From a virus: a stretch of DNA of 64,000 nucleotides. Position numbers and translations under genes: made by a program. The notes under the pieces are model-generated. The model was not told where the DNA came from, did not search any database, and saw only the letters and a list, made by a program, of their open reading frames with translations. The stretch is from IMG/VR virus record IMGVR_UViG_3300025120_010481, positions 1 through 64,000 of that record, one strand, 5' to 3'. Positions 1-10,807 of the stretch are shown here, piece by piece; position 1 is the stretch's first letter; every line of letters starts with the position of its first letter.

Positions 1-2
1 CT

Positions 3-89
3 GTTAGTGACGGTCTTTTACCAATGATCGCAAACCAGATTCAGGCACAAATAGACGCTTCGGCAAACACATTTAACGCAGGAGGATAA
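3..89 (+). CDS. 3' end of an upstream gene (partial; ...QIQAQIDASANTFNAGG*)
   Basis: Frame 3 is open from the window start to TAA at 87-89. Its last codons (GGAGGA) serve as the RBS for the TTG at 94. Confidence 0.6.
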   Translation, partial: VSDGLLPMIANQIQAQIDASANTFNAGG

Positions 90-93
90 TAGA

Positions 94-813
94 TTGGTTT
101 TATTTCCCGAGGCTGTATCATTTTTAAGCTCTAGGCAGAGTTCCATGTCACTGTCTATGACTGGCCCACCAGCTATAGCGGCTAGGCTATTCTTGAACGG
201 CCCAATACCAGTAAATAATAGTGGCACTTTGTTTATTCAAGGCCCAGAGGCAATATTTGGAACTTTGCAAGTTGGTCAAGATATTGATCAAGCTGGAGCG
301 ATACCATTATTTATTTCGGTAATACAAGAACCTAGTGACCCAAATGCCACCTTGTTTGAGTTTCCCACGACAGTACATATATCTGGTGGTGGAAATGAAC
401 AATTCGCTAGTGGGGCAACTTTAACTGTAATGTCTCCCCTAATTGGAACTCCGTCCAATGAAATGACTTTATGTGCTGTAACTGATCCTGTCCCTTCAGA
501 CGGGATATTTTTTGGTTCTGGCAATATAAATGTAGCAATTAGCGGTGGAAACGCTGGAAATGTGTATTCACCTCAAGATGCTTTAGCTTCATTGTTTATT
601 GAAAATCAAGCCAGTGCCAACTCTGGGGTGCCTTTGTATATTGAAAAACCAGACAATGCAAACATTCCATTGTTTATAAAAAGTCAGGATGCAAGTGGAG
701 TTACTCCTTTGGCTGTTGATGGTGCTTATTTAAGTAATTCTGGTGTCAGTTTGTTTGTTAAGTCGCCTTCAAATGGTTTAACGTCTATATTTACGGAAGG
801 GTATTCGGAGTAA
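94..813 (+). CDS. Probable virion structural protein with repeated short beta-strand (PLFI-like) motifs
   Basis: GGAGGA RBS 7 nt before TTG; rich in G/S/P/T with recurring xLFI motifs; lies in the + strand structural block. Confidence 0.55.
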   Translation: MVLFPEAVSFLSSRQSSMSLSMTGPPAIAARLFLNGPIPVNNSGTLFIQGPEAIFGTLQVGQDIDQAGAIPLFISVIQEPSDPNATLFEFPTTVHISGGGNEQFASGATLTVMSPLIGTPSNEMTLCAVTDPVPSDGIFFGSGNINVAISGGNAGNVYSPQDALASLFIENQASANSGVPLYIEKPDNANIPLFIKSQDASGVTPLAVDGAYLSNSGVSLFVKSPSNGLTSIFTEGYSE

Positions 814-816
814 AAA

Positions 817-2436
817 ATGGGTATTATATTTCAGCCATATTACGATAACGCACCAGATATTATAATTGGTGGCGTTAAAGATAGCACTGCTTTTAGCGGC
901 AACAAGACGGGTGTTACTGGGCCGTTTCCTAGATATTCTATTAGCAGAGAAGACTTATCATCTGGCGATGGAACCTACTTGCGTTCTAAATACAGTATTA
1001 CCGTTACTGGTACGGCAACCATCAAGTCGAACACCGCCCAAGACGCAACAGTAAAAGGTGAAAGACAAAACGCAATTCAAGGAGAGGCGATCATCGTCTC
1101 AAATCTTAACTTGCAAGAAGCTGCACAGCAAGGAAATGGTAAGCTGACAATAGCATCTTACGGTGGTCAAAACAATAAATTAATATTCTCAGATGCTAGA
1201 TTGCTGTCCGTGGAAATGCCTGAGCAAACAGAAGAGTCTCTAGGCGTGCAAAACTTAGAATACTCATTGTCTTTTGAGGCTTATTTAAACTCAAGTAACG
1301 CAAACAGTCAAACTGGTTCTGCTGATGCTGACACGGACGTGCTAAATGTTTCTTCAGCCGAAGAAAGTTGGGAATTAACAGCAAATGAGGGTGTCTTTTC
1401 TTTTAAGAATAACGATGTCTCAGACACCCCGTACAAGACTTTTACTTTAACTCATAGCTTGAACGCAGTGGGCATCAAAGTTTTCGGTGCTTCCGCGACT
1501 ACAACTGCTTGGAAGTCCGCTCAGGATTGGGTTAAATCAAGAATGTGCAAGGATGTTTCATCAGATATTGCATCAGGTGTAAACAATGCTACGAGTGCTA
1601 CGAGACCAGATACCACATTTAATCCCTTAAAAATGGGTGATGATAATTCACTTATGAACTTGGGCGATTTTAAAGGTTATAATCTCATAAGAACTTTTTC
1701 TTCAGATGTTGCTGGCGGCTCTTACAGTGTCACAGAAACTTGGCTGATTTCTGAAAAAACTCAAGCTGTTACGCACGAGGTAGACGTTAGCATAGAAAAC
1801 TCGCAAGAGGCACCAGCGGCCTCAGTTACAGTTAACGGAACAATTCAAGGACTAGAAGATGTTTCAACGAGTGTTTTGCCTATAACAACAACAGAAGGTA
1901 AGTACGCAAACGCCGTAGACGCTTTATCTGCCGTGTTAGGTAAGGCTTACACGCTTGCTAATAGTATCTACAGTACTTCTGGAATTGGTGGAACTCTAAG
2001 AACTATAGAAATTAACAAAACTATTGGGCATAATAAAGTTACTGGGACTATAACATGGAGTGTGACTTTTGATGACTTAGTGGTTGAATTTCCAAATGCT
2101 GTTCGAGAAGACATAAATGTAACTTATGAAAATGAGTATGGCACAAATCAAGTTGTGGCTATTTTGGCTATACTTGACAAGGCTGACGGCCCAATCATTC
2201 AAGATATAGGAACAACACAGGAGAGAAAAGTTAGCGTATCAATTGATTTAACTATGGAAAAAGCTTTTAGAACCACGAAGCCAAGCAAAGGGGATGACGC
2301 TCAAGAGCTAGAAGACTTGGCTAATAGCCACAAGCCAACCGCAACTACGGGCAATGTCTATCAGGAGTCTAGGTCGGAAACTTGGAATCCAAAAGCTGGT
2401 ACTTTTAATCTTAGTATAGGATGGGTGTATATATAA
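817..2436 (+). CDS. Probable tail/baseplate structural protein
   Basis: 539 aa, S/T-rich, predicted all-beta (SVTETW, ITWSVTF); TAATG-coupled to the next gene. Confidence 0.55.
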   Translation: MGIIFQPYYDNAPDIIIGGVKDSTAFSGNKTGVTGPFPRYSISREDLSSGDGTYLRSKYSITVTGTATIKSNTAQDATVKGERQNAIQGEAIIVSNLNLQEAAQQGNGKLTIASYGGQNNKLIFSDARLLSVEMPEQTEESLGVQNLEYSLSFEAYLNSSNANSQTGSADADTDVLNVSSAEESWELTANEGVFSFKNNDVSDTPYKTFTLTHSLNAVGIKVFGASATTTAWKSAQDWVKSRMCKDVSSDIASGVNNATSATRPDTTFNPLKMGDDNSLMNLGDFKGYNLIRTFSSDVAGGSYSVTETWLISEKTQAVTHEVDVSIENSQEAPAASVTVNGTIQGLEDVSTSVLPITTTEGKYANAVDALSAVLGKAYTLANSIYSTSGIGGTLRTIEINKTIGHNKVTGTITWSVTFDDLVVEFPNAVREDINVTYENEYGTNQVVAILAILDKADGPIIQDIGTTQERKVSVSIDLTMEKAFRTTKPSKGDDAQELEDLANSHKPTATTGNVYQESRSETWNPKAGTFNLSIGWVYI

Positions 2437-5132
2437 TGGGAATTTCAGGGGGAGGTTCAGATAACAAGCCTCCAGATACAGATCAGGACGGAAACGTATT
2501 AGACGGCGATGGAAACATTGTTTTAGTTTTCGATCCTACTGATGACGGCGGTGATGACGGGGGTGACGATAGTAATACATTTGGTCAACCTAGTCCACCT
2601 TCGGGCAGAACCCCTATGATGTTTGGTGCTTACATAGCAAGTATAAGTACTTCGATTGGTTGGGGTGGTCAAGGTGGAACGTGCCAGTTGACTTTAGTAG
2701 AAGACCCACCAAACGGAATTAATATTGACCTTCCAGAAGTAGGAACCGCTTGCTACTTAAAGTATTACGGTTTTTACTTTGGCGGCGTATTTCAAAGATA
2801 TACCTACAAGCAGTCAACTTCAGGTAGGACTTACGATATTGTCCTTGAGTCTCCAACCAAGTTACTCGATGGAGTTCAGGTTATCATGGATGAAATGCAA
2901 GGTACTATATTTGGTAGATTCGATAGGTTTAATCCTTACGATGCTGCTGTTCTGACTACGCAAGTTAGAAACGTCTATAATCCTTTTGGTCAATTAGAAA
3001 ATTATCAAAATGTTCCCCCTAGCGAAAACATCGCACACTTTGGAAACTCGGATGTTAACAGTGCTGGATTTCCCTCGCTTTCTTTGCTGGAACAAATACA
3101 AAGACTTTCTACGGGCAACTTTACTTTTGGAGCAAAAGCTTTTTTTGGTGAGAGTGAATACATTATCGACTTGCAAGAGTTGTATGACGCTACAAATGAA
3201 ACCGCCCCACACCTTAGAACCAAGGGGCCAGTACAAACATTAAATGGTATATTGGGTGACATTTCAAGTTCTATACAGGTTGATTATTTTGTGCAGCTTA
3301 CTACTGACGATGATCTTGCAGATTATAATGGTGGTGGTGTACTCAATAACCCAATAATGAAAGTAAGAGTTTGTGATCGCAGAGAGCCTCCAACGCCAAA
3401 TGCTGTTTTTGAATTTGTTGAAAACGCTAAAAACAGTACTCCAAACACTCTAATGTCTGCTGACGTAGGAAGAGAGCTACAGGATGTGGCTACTCAAAAG
3501 ATCGTTATTGGTGGGCCAGCAAGTAGATATTTCAAATCAAGTACTATTAATATGTACACTGTGTGGAACAGAAATGCTAACAACACCTATCAAGTTGGTG
3601 CCCCCCTTTCTTCATACAATCTTGGCAGTGAAATACCAATCAATATGTCTGGTGCTTTTACAACAGCTTGGGTTGACAATCCTTTTGTTATAAATAGCTT
3701 GATATTTGGTTTTTACAAAGCTACTTACTTTGAGCTAAGAATGGCTCTAGCTGGCAAAGAATCTTGGGAGACATTCAAGGCTTTTCAGGTTATGGCTAAT
3801 GTGGAGCCTAATGGTGGAACTTGGAATGATCCCTCTCGGTGTCCTTGGCTTGGTAAAATAGCTGCAAGTGCAGACTTTCTAGCCACTTTCGTCACAGACA
3901 AAAGAAGTGCTATAGAGCTAGCTAACACGAGTTCTACTTCCGCTAATTCTGCTTTCTTGGCGAGCATGAATAGAGTTTCAGAGATGATATTTCAAAGAGT
4001 TCAAAAGATAGCACAAGAGTTTTACAACAAGGTTTTCTTGGCTCCTTTACCAGTAGAGCCGGGAGGCATAACAAACAACCTAAAATACATAACAGATGAA
4101 TACCAGTTCGAGTCGGCTTGGGATGTTGTTGCTTCTGCTTTTGATGAAACTCAGCCCATTTTTGATGTTAGTTTTTATGATGGTGAGGGAAGATTAAAGT
4201 CTGCGGCATTTTTCCCTCAAAGTGTAAGTAGAGGAATTAACAATCAGGCTATAGATTTTAGCGAACTTGGGGCAGATTACGCACCTTCTGCACTACCGGG
4301 ATTTCCAAGTTTATTAGCGACAAGTAGGGGCGGCCCAGAAGGAGAGTTGATATGGCTGAATGAGATACCTCATATCATATGTAAAATGGGTGCCACTGTT
4401 AGGAATTTTGATCAAATAACAACACCTTCATTTGGGTTGACTGTGTTGTCTGCTTACTTTTTCCCTAATTTATTCCCTACTGGTATACCTCCAGAGGCTT
4501 ACATGCGTCCCGGCTTTCAAAGTCTTCAGTTTCAGATTCCACCTGACGTAATGGCTCCGCTAGTTTTCGGAATACCTCAACAAAGTAGCAGATATAAATG
4601 GGGGCCGTGGTACGCTTACAACGCTTTAAATGGTAAGGCTGAAGTTGTAAACGACGACAGTTTAAAGCCAGAAACCTTTGGTGGTTTTGGGCCTTTAGAC
4701 CAAGCTGCTTTTTCCCTTACTTTTACTGGCTTATCCGCTATGACTTCAGTTGAAAGCGGAATGATTCAAGTTGCTGAATTTCCTAATTTTAATGTTGGTG
4801 ACAGATTTGCTGATTCTGGGCCGTATGTCACAAATATGGATATAAACATCAGTGATGCAGGTGCTACTGTTACCTACAAATTTAACACTTGGACTCCAAA
4901 CTTTGGCAAGTTAGCAAAGTATAATGTAGACAGAATATCAAAGATTAACAAGGCCAGTCTCGCCTTTATGCAAAAAGAGAGAAGTAAATTTTCAAGAGTA
5001 CCATTTAAAAAGCTTGATTATGGACAGCAAGATTTTTCAAATAAGCCAGCCGATTTTGCTGAAAGGTTTTCGGAGCAAGATTTGCAGTTTATTATGGGTT
5101 CAATATCAGCGGAAAAGAATATGAGGAATTAA
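2436..5132 (+). CDS. Large tail/baseplate hub-like structural protein
   Basis: About 900 aa; start taken at the TAATG overlap (2436); N-terminal IGWGGQGGTCQLTLVED and C-terminal NFNVGD...VTNMDINI resemble tail hub proteins. Confidence 0.5.
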   Translation: MGISGGGSDNKPPDTDQDGNVLDGDGNIVLVFDPTDDGGDDGGDDSNTFGQPSPPSGRTPMMFGAYIASISTSIGWGGQGGTCQLTLVEDPPNGINIDLPEVGTACYLKYYGFYFGGVFQRYTYKQSTSGRTYDIVLESPTKLLDGVQVIMDEMQGTIFGRFDRFNPYDAAVLTTQVRNVYNPFGQLENYQNVPPSENIAHFGNSDVNSAGFPSLSLLEQIQRLSTGNFTFGAKAFFGESEYIIDLQELYDATNETAPHLRTKGPVQTLNGILGDISSSIQVDYFVQLTTDDDLADYNGGGVLNNPIMKVRVCDRREPPTPNAVFEFVENAKNSTPNTLMSADVGRELQDVATQKIVIGGPASRYFKSSTINMYTVWNRNANNTYQVGAPLSSYNLGSEIPINMSGAFTTAWVDNPFVINSLIFGFYKATYFELRMALAGKESWETFKAFQVMANVEPNGGTWNDPSRCPWLGKIAASADFLATFVTDKRSAIELANTSSTSANSAFLASMNRVSEMIFQRVQKIAQEFYNKVFLAPLPVEPGGITNNLKYITDEYQFESAWDVVASAFDETQPIFDVSFYDGEGRLKSAAFFPQSVSRGINNQAIDFSELGADYAPSALPGFPSLLATSRGGPEGELIWLNEIPHIICKMGATVRNFDQITTPSFGLTVLSAYFFPNLFPTGIPPEAYMRPGFQSLQFQIPPDVMAPLVFGIPQQSSRYKWGPWYAYNALNGKAEVVNDDSLKPETFGGFGPLDQAAFSLTFTGLSAMTSVESGMIQVAEFPNFNVGDRFADSGPYVTNMDINISDAGATVTYKFNTWTPNFGKLAKYNVDRISKINKASLAFMQKERSKFSRVPFKKLDYGQQDFSNKPADFAERFSEQDLQFIMGSISAEKNMRN

Positions 5133-5133
5133 T

Positions 5134-6234
5134 ATGGGTGCAGAAAAAGAAGACCCGAAGCAAAACATAACAAAACTTAACTTCGGCATGTCAACAGCAC
5201 AAGCTGCTGGAGGTACTGTAGCAACTCATTATGCTAATGCTGCCGGACAGAGCATGGAGCAAATTTGGAACCCCGTTCAAATAGTTAAAGGCAAGCCGCA
5301 AGGTCAAACTCCAACTCCCGGTTTTGAACCTCTAAGTGGTGGAGGGGATGAATCAGGTACTTGGGGTTCATTTCAGCATGTTGGGCCAACTTCTTTAGAG
5401 TTAGACCCTTATTTCAGTAATATACTTGCAGGAGATGATGGCACTGAGTTTTTTGCGGGAGTTGACTACAATTTGGTTGTACATGAAGATAGCACAGGCA
5501 CAACTACAGATTTAAACATAAAGAAAATAGAAAACAAAAAAGACGTTCAAAAGATAAGGGTAAATGCCCATAGAGCACCTTTGATTTTAAGTGGCTGGGG
5601 TTTTGATCTCGGTGACAGACCAGTTCCTAGAATGGGGCCAACCTTTCCAGAGATTTTTAAATTCGACACTGAAGTTGCTCACAATAGAGCTTCTTGGAAA
5701 AGCGGGCCGTTGGCGGTGGCATGGGATGATGAAAGACAGGTTTGGGCCGGAGGCCCACAAATCGTATGTGGTATAGCCCTAGGAGAGATTAAAGCACCAA
5801 AAACTCCATGCGATCCAACTTACTTTAATGTTCAGCTATTTAGAAAAACAACAGATCAATTTGTTTCTGACACTGACCCAGAAAATACTGAAGACCCAGT
5901 TGACGAGTTTAACCCCAGTAATTACAAAATAACAACAGAACTAGATGACGCAATAAGAGATGAAAATGGTGAAATTATTAAAACTCTTGAAGGTGGATTA
6001 GATCGGATAAAAGTAGCAAACAGAGACCCTAGCTTAGAACAGGCTTACGTTAAAAATGCTATGTTTGTCATAGCAATAAGGCTAAACTACGAATGGCTAC
6101 CTCTATGGGTTGGCTGTCCAGAGGATGATATTCCAGATGAAGACGTTCCTTGTATTATTCAACCAGAGGAAGAAGAAGAGGAAACTGATGGCGGTGATCC
6201 ACCAACAGACGACCCTGACCCAGTGATAGACTGA
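5134..6234 (+). CDS. Probable virion/tail protein with acidic C-terminus
   Basis: 366 aa ORF directly following the hub-like gene; position in the structural block. Confidence 0.45.
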   Translation: MGAEKEDPKQNITKLNFGMSTAQAAGGTVATHYANAAGQSMEQIWNPVQIVKGKPQGQTPTPGFEPLSGGGDESGTWGSFQHVGPTSLELDPYFSNILAGDDGTEFFAGVDYNLVVHEDSTGTTTDLNIKKIENKKDVQKIRVNAHRAPLILSGWGFDLGDRPVPRMGPTFPEIFKFDTEVAHNRASWKSGPLAVAWDDERQVWAGGPQIVCGIALGEIKAPKTPCDPTYFNVQLFRKTTDQFVSDTDPENTEDPVDEFNPSNYKITTELDDAIRDENGEIIKTLEGGLDRIKVANRDPSLEQAYVKNAMFVIAIRLNYEWLPLWVGCPEDDIPDEDVPCIIQPEEEEEETDGGDPPTDDPDPVID

Positions 6235-6320
6235 TCCTTTCTTTATCGACTAAATATAACTAAAATAATAACAAAAATGTGTAGGTAATATATACCCACC
6301 AAAAACACAGGAGATTAAAA

Positions 6321-7283
6321 ATGGCTGAAATTAGATTTCAATTACTTCACAATGCTAACGGAACCGCTACACTTGATGACTTTAACGGCTCAGGTTTGGC
6401 GTTTTATGGTTCTGCTGCTGGTTCATCAGTTCAAATAGGTGCGTACCAAGGCATGACCAGAGTTGCTAGTGCTGACGGCAGTGCTTTCAAGGATGAAACG
6501 AACAACATAAAGTACGTAACAGGCACCTTTCCAAGTGGTCAATGTATTATAAGCGGCCAATATGGAACCGCACAAGCTATTGGGCTTTCTGGGGTAAAAA
6601 CCTTCCAAGGTACTTTAGGTATAGAATTCGGCCATACTTCAGCGGTAAAGGTGCAGAATTGCCAATTAAGAATTTACGACCGAGCCAATATCAACAATCC
6701 AGCAAGTGGTGTCAACACTAAAGCGGCAGAAATCATCAACCATAACGGTGGAACTTATGCAACTCAAGGCACTTTAGGTTCTACCTCTAATGTTGTTGGA
6801 AGTGGAGATATTTTGTGGTGGGGAGAGCCTTGGCCTGCTCAAATGGTAACCAAGAATTACTACACTAGCAGCACTGGGGTAAAGTACATAAATGGTTTAG
6901 ATTCTGAGACAAATATTAACGGCGACTCTAGATTGAGTGCCGCTGGTTTGACTGGTTCTTACGATACCGTTGGTGGTACAGGTATTGTAGTTCCTTTGTC
7001 TGACAGTCCGGGAAGCGGCCAAAAGAACCTATCTTTGGCTACCTCGGCTTTGGTTTGGCCTAAGTGGACTCAGTATGTTAACTCTACTGTAAATCAAGCC
7101 CTGTTCTTTGGTAACGGCCAGCAAAACTTTGGTGATGGAACAGCCGTTTCTGATATCGGCAAAACCTTTGGCGGGACAGGGCTAGATACCCACCACACAT
7201 GGTCAATTGCTCTTTCTGCTTCACCGCTATCTATTGGTTCAAAAGAGCAGTATGGAGTTTATGTCTCGATGGAATATCTATAA
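6321..7283 (+). CDS. Gly/Ser/Thr-rich probable virion protein
   Basis: Strong AGGAG RBS, own intergenic leader, composition typical of structural proteins. Confidence 0.5.
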   Translation: MAEIRFQLLHNANGTATLDDFNGSGLAFYGSAAGSSVQIGAYQGMTRVASADGSAFKDETNNIKYVTGTFPSGQCIISGQYGTAQAIGLSGVKTFQGTLGIEFGHTSAVKVQNCQLRIYDRANINNPASGVNTKAAEIINHNGGTYATQGTLGSTSNVVGSGDILWWGEPWPAQMVTKNYYTSSTGVKYINGLDSETNINGDSRLSAAGLTGSYDTVGGTGIVVPLSDSPGSGQKNLSLATSALVWPKWTQYVNSTVNQALFFGNGQQNFGDGTAVSDIGKTFGGTGLDTHHTWSIALSASPLSIGSKEQYGVYVSMEYL

Positions 7284-7286
7284 TCT

Positions 7287-8060
7287 ATGGGTTATAAAAA
7301 CCTAACAATCAGAGGTAAAACGGACGGCTTTGGTTGTCAATGGAACGCAAAGCTGTCGGGCATGGCAGTCTGCTACAACAGTGGTGGCAGGCTGAGGTAT
7401 GTTCATACTCCATTTACTAATGTTGGTCATGGCTGGCGTGGTGAGTCAGAGGCTAGGGCTATAAATGAGTTTGTTGGAGTTCCAGACAATAGAATAGGCA
7501 AAAAGATTCATGTAGTCCAAAGGTTTAATCCTAAAGTTTTTGCAAATCCATCTGGTTACTATAGTGACTATGTGCTAGATAAAATTAGGTCTCATTATTG
7601 GTCAACTAAAAAGCCAGAACCTTGTGATTGCGAAATAGTGGTGCATGTTCGCAGGGGCGATGTCCAGCCACATCGTGGCGGCGATAGACGACAGAGACAC
7701 ATGAAAAACGATTGGTATAATCATCATATCCCAAGAATAGCACAAAAGTATCCGAGTCATTATAGGATAGCTATATACTCTGAGGGAGAAGTTGAAGAGT
7801 TTGCATCCATTATAGAGAGTTGGCCCAAAGACTTAATAGAAAGAACTGCTTTTAGATTGGCGAATCCAAATATTTCATTTCAAGAGTTTGATATGATTAC
7901 AGCCTATCATCACTTCGTTACTGCAAAAGTTTTTATGATGTCAAAAAGTGGGCTTTCATATACTGCTGGAATATTCAACGAAGGTGATGTTTACTTTGTG
8001 GGTAGTCGGGCAAGAGGGCAAAAGTTTCCACTGAGGCACTGGATAAACGATTGGCAATAA
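7287..8060 (+). CDS. GT11/NodZ-like fucosyltransferase-type glycosyltransferase
   Basis: N-terminal DGFGCQ, VHVRRGD GDP-fucose-binding motif, C-terminal SKSGLSY. Confidence 0.75.
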   Translation: MGYKNLTIRGKTDGFGCQWNAKLSGMAVCYNSGGRLRYVHTPFTNVGHGWRGESEARAINEFVGVPDNRIGKKIHVVQRFNPKVFANPSGYYSDYVLDKIRSHYWSTKKPEPCDCEIVVHVRRGDVQPHRGGDRRQRHMKNDWYNHHIPRIAQKYPSHYRIAIYSEGEVEEFASIIESWPKDLIERTAFRLANPNISFQEFDMITAYHHFVTAKVFMMSKSGLSYTAGIFNEGDVYFVGSRARGQKFPLRHWINDWQ

Positions 8061-8082
8061 AAATTTTAAAGTAGGGACTTAA

Positions 8083-8838
8083 ATGAAGGACAAAAAAGAC
8101 TTTGAAGGTTTGATTGAGTATAACAATTCTTACCCTAATGGTGTGCCATATATCTCTATTGTTATAGCTACCTTTAATAAGGCATCTTTACTAGATAAAA
8201 CATTGACAAGTATAAGGGCCAATGAAACAGATATACCTTATGAGATTATAGTTGTTGATGATGGTAGCATTGATAATACCTTTGATATTTGCAAAAAGCA
8301 TCAAGTTATATACATTTGGGTGAATGGTGGAGGGTATAGAAATCCCGCAGTGCCTAGAAATATTGGATGCAGAACCGCCCGAGGTCAGATATTGATAATG
8401 CAATCAGACGACGTGTTGCACGAATCTATATATACTATCGCCAACCTAGCCGATGTGCAAAGGGGAGAGGCTCACTTTGCTTGTGTTTGGAATGTAGACG
8501 CTAACCGGAACAGGTTGGGAATTTGTAACTATAAAAACAGTAGCGAACGAACAAACGTAGTAGCGATATGCCATCCCGCTGAAGAGCCTGCGGCTCATTT
8601 CTTTTTGGGTTCAATGCACAAGGATGATTTTTGGTCTATCGGTGGCAACGATGAAGATTTTACATTACCGGGTTATGAAGATAAGTATTTAGGCGAATTA
8701 ATAAAAAGAAAATATAAAATTTGCTGGAGAGTGGACGTAACAGGATTGCATCAAGATCACAAAAGGCCCGAAAACGTTTCGGGTTTAATCCACTCGTCTC
8801 ATCAGTTGTATTTAAAGAAAATGAAGGAATTAGAATGA
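8083..8838 (+). CDS. Glycosyltransferase family 2 (with GT7 C-terminal-like motif)
   Basis: ISIVIATFN, IIVVDDGSID, RNIG, GGNDEDF..GYED. Confidence 0.9.
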   Translation: MKDKKDFEGLIEYNNSYPNGVPYISIVIATFNKASLLDKTLTSIRANETDIPYEIIVVDDGSIDNTFDICKKHQVIYIWVNGGGYRNPAVPRNIGCRTARGQILIMQSDDVLHESIYTIANLADVQRGEAHFACVWNVDANRNRLGICNYKNSSERTNVVAICHPAEEPAAHFFLGSMHKDDFWSIGGNDEDFTLPGYEDKYLGELIKRKYKICWRVDVTGLHQDHKRPENVSGLIHSSHQLYLKKMKELE

Positions 8839-9935
8839 CGGCATATTCATCAGGAAAGGTGTTTCATCACAGAGACAAAATAGATCAGCTAAAAGCTGGA
8901 GAACAAACTGTTCCTCTACAAGTCCATTTAATCATCTCCGATCTTTGCAATCAGGATTGTTCTTTCTGTGCGTACCGCATGTCGGGTTATACTACTAATG
9001 AGTTATTTAAAGTAGTGCATCCTGAAAGCGGTGAGGTTAATAACAACCCAAACCGTAAAATTCCTTACGAAAAATGCCTTGAAATTCTAGACGACTGTGC
9101 AGAGATGGGTGTTAAGGCAATCCAAATTACTGGTGGTGGCGAGCCTTCTGTTCATCCTGACCACACAAAGATTTACCAAGCGGTGTTGGATCGCGGTATG
9201 GAATTGGCACTTGTTAGCAATGGTGTGATCTTCAAGCCTGAAACGATTCCTCTTTTGCTACAATCCACTTGGGCTAGGTTCTCTGTGGACGCTGGCAACC
9301 CTGAATCCTACACACGCATCCGAAATGTGTCCGCGAAACACCATGAAAGAATGTGGAACAATGTTACAGAGCTTGCGGCAGAGAAGAAACGAACAGGTTC
9401 TAATGTCACAATTGGGATGGGCTTTGTTGTCACTGACGATAACTGGTCAGAAGTTGGGCAGTTTGCGGAACTTGCGAAGAAAGCTGGCGTAGATAACATA
9501 AGGATTAGTGCAGTATTCCAGCCAGACAATGAAAAGTATTTTGATCAGTTCTTTGATAAAGCTGCCGAGCTTTGCAGAAAAACAAAAGAAAAGTATGAAG
9601 ATGAGAACTTTATTGTGTTCAATAACTTTGGTGAGCGTTATGCTGATCTTGTTCAGGCCGTTCCTGATTACTCGTTCTGTGGTTATCAAGAGCTTACGAC
9701 TTACATTGGCGGCGATCTAAATGTGTATAGGTGTTGCGTTACTGCCTACAATCAACAGGGAATGGTGGGTTCATTAGCAGATCAGAGGTTTAAAGACTTG
9801 TGGAACTCAGAAGAGAAAAAACAAAAATTCTCTTGCTTTGATGCTAAGAGTTGTGATAGATGTATGTTTAACAATAAAAACAAGACCATACTGTACGCCA
9901 TAGATAGTGATCCGCAGCACGTCAATTTTGTATAA
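8835..9935 (+). CDS. Radical SAM protein with SPASM/twitch domain
   Basis: CNQDCSFC motif, TGGGEP, C-terminal C..CC..CDRC; start at the ATGA overlap (8835). Confidence 0.9.
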   Translation: MTAYSSGKVFHHRDKIDQLKAGEQTVPLQVHLIISDLCNQDCSFCAYRMSGYTTNELFKVVHPESGEVNNNPNRKIPYEKCLEILDDCAEMGVKAIQITGGGEPSVHPDHTKIYQAVLDRGMELALVSNGVIFKPETIPLLLQSTWARFSVDAGNPESYTRIRNVSAKHHERMWNNVTELAAEKKRTGSNVTIGMGFVVTDDNWSEVGQFAELAKKAGVDNIRISAVFQPDNEKYFDQFFDKAAELCRKTKEKYEDENFIVFNNFGERYADLVQAVPDYSFCGYQELTTYIGGDLNVYRCCVTAYNQQGMVGSLADQRFKDLWNSEEKKQKFSCFDAKSCDRCMFNNKNKTILYAIDSDPQHVNFV

Positions 9936-9952
9936 AATGAAAGGATTTTAAT

Positions 9953-10807
9953 ATGTCTACTGTATACCTATCTCCAGAAAACGCTAGTGGCTTAGGCGAA
10001 GACACTTTTTGGACTTGGTTTCATAGGGAAACTAATAATTCCGAATGGTACACATTCTCTTCCGATGTTTATTTCAGTGATAATGCTCTTTTAAGATACT
10101 CTACCTTTGGAGAGATAGCCTCGGACTGTACATGCAAGACATTTGCTTTGTGTTGGGAGCTTTTGCCGGAAATGAAATCCAAGTTAGGACGCAACGTTTG
10201 GGACGATAGGATAAATCTTACATATCAGTGTGCGGAGTCTGCCCAGTATAGAGTTGTGGCGACACCGCTTTCTATTCCTTATTATAAACATTGTGGCCCT
10301 ATAGACGTATTACCTATAGCTGTAGATACAGACCTTTTTAAACCTACAGACAATAAAGAGCAGCTTCGACAAAAATATGGAATACCCAAAGACAAAAGGG
10401 TTGGATTCTGGATGGGTACTAACCATCAAATGAAAGGGTTTCAAAATCTACAAAAGTATGCTAAAGAGAATCCAGAAATCCACTGGGTAATTGTGTGGAA
10501 AACCCCATTTGAAAGGTCTTTCTTGCATGGAGCCACTGAATACTGTCATATACCCCAAGAACATATATCTGAATTAATGAATTGCTCAGACTTCTTTTTG
10601 GTTTGCAGTTTGTTAGAACCTTACTTTATGATTGAATATGAGGCTATGTCGTGTAACTTGCCAATGCTTAATATAACAAATCTAGAAAAAGATTTTGATC
10701 TTGGTGAAAATCCTCGCGATAAGATATTTGAACTTGGTTGGGATCGTAAATCAGCCTTAGATACTTGGAAGGATTATCTCGGCAACAGAGGGGTGGTGGT
10801 AGAATGA
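9953..10807 (+). CDS. GT-B (GT4-like) glycosyltransferase
   Basis: PIAVDTDLFKP, KGF, SLLEPYFMIEYEAMSCNLP (Ex7E motif). Confidence 0.85.
   Translation: MSTVYLSPENASGLGEDTFWTWFHRETNNSEWYTFSSDVYFSDNALLRYSTFGEIASDCTCKTFALCWELLPEMKSKLGRNVWDDRINLTYQCAESAQYRVVATPLSIPYYKHCGPIDVLPIAVDTDLFKPTDNKEQLRQKYGIPKDKRVGFWMGTNHQMKGFQNLQKYAKENPEIHWVIVWKTPFERSFLHGATEYCHIPQEHISELMNCSDFFLVCSLLEPYFMIEYEAMSCNLPMLNITNLEKDFDLGENPRDKIFELGWDRKSALDTWKDYLGNRGVVVE

Noticed and set aside
2541-2570. GATGACGG tandem repeats
   Set aside because: Low-complexity DDGG coding linker, not a regulatory or mobile repeat.
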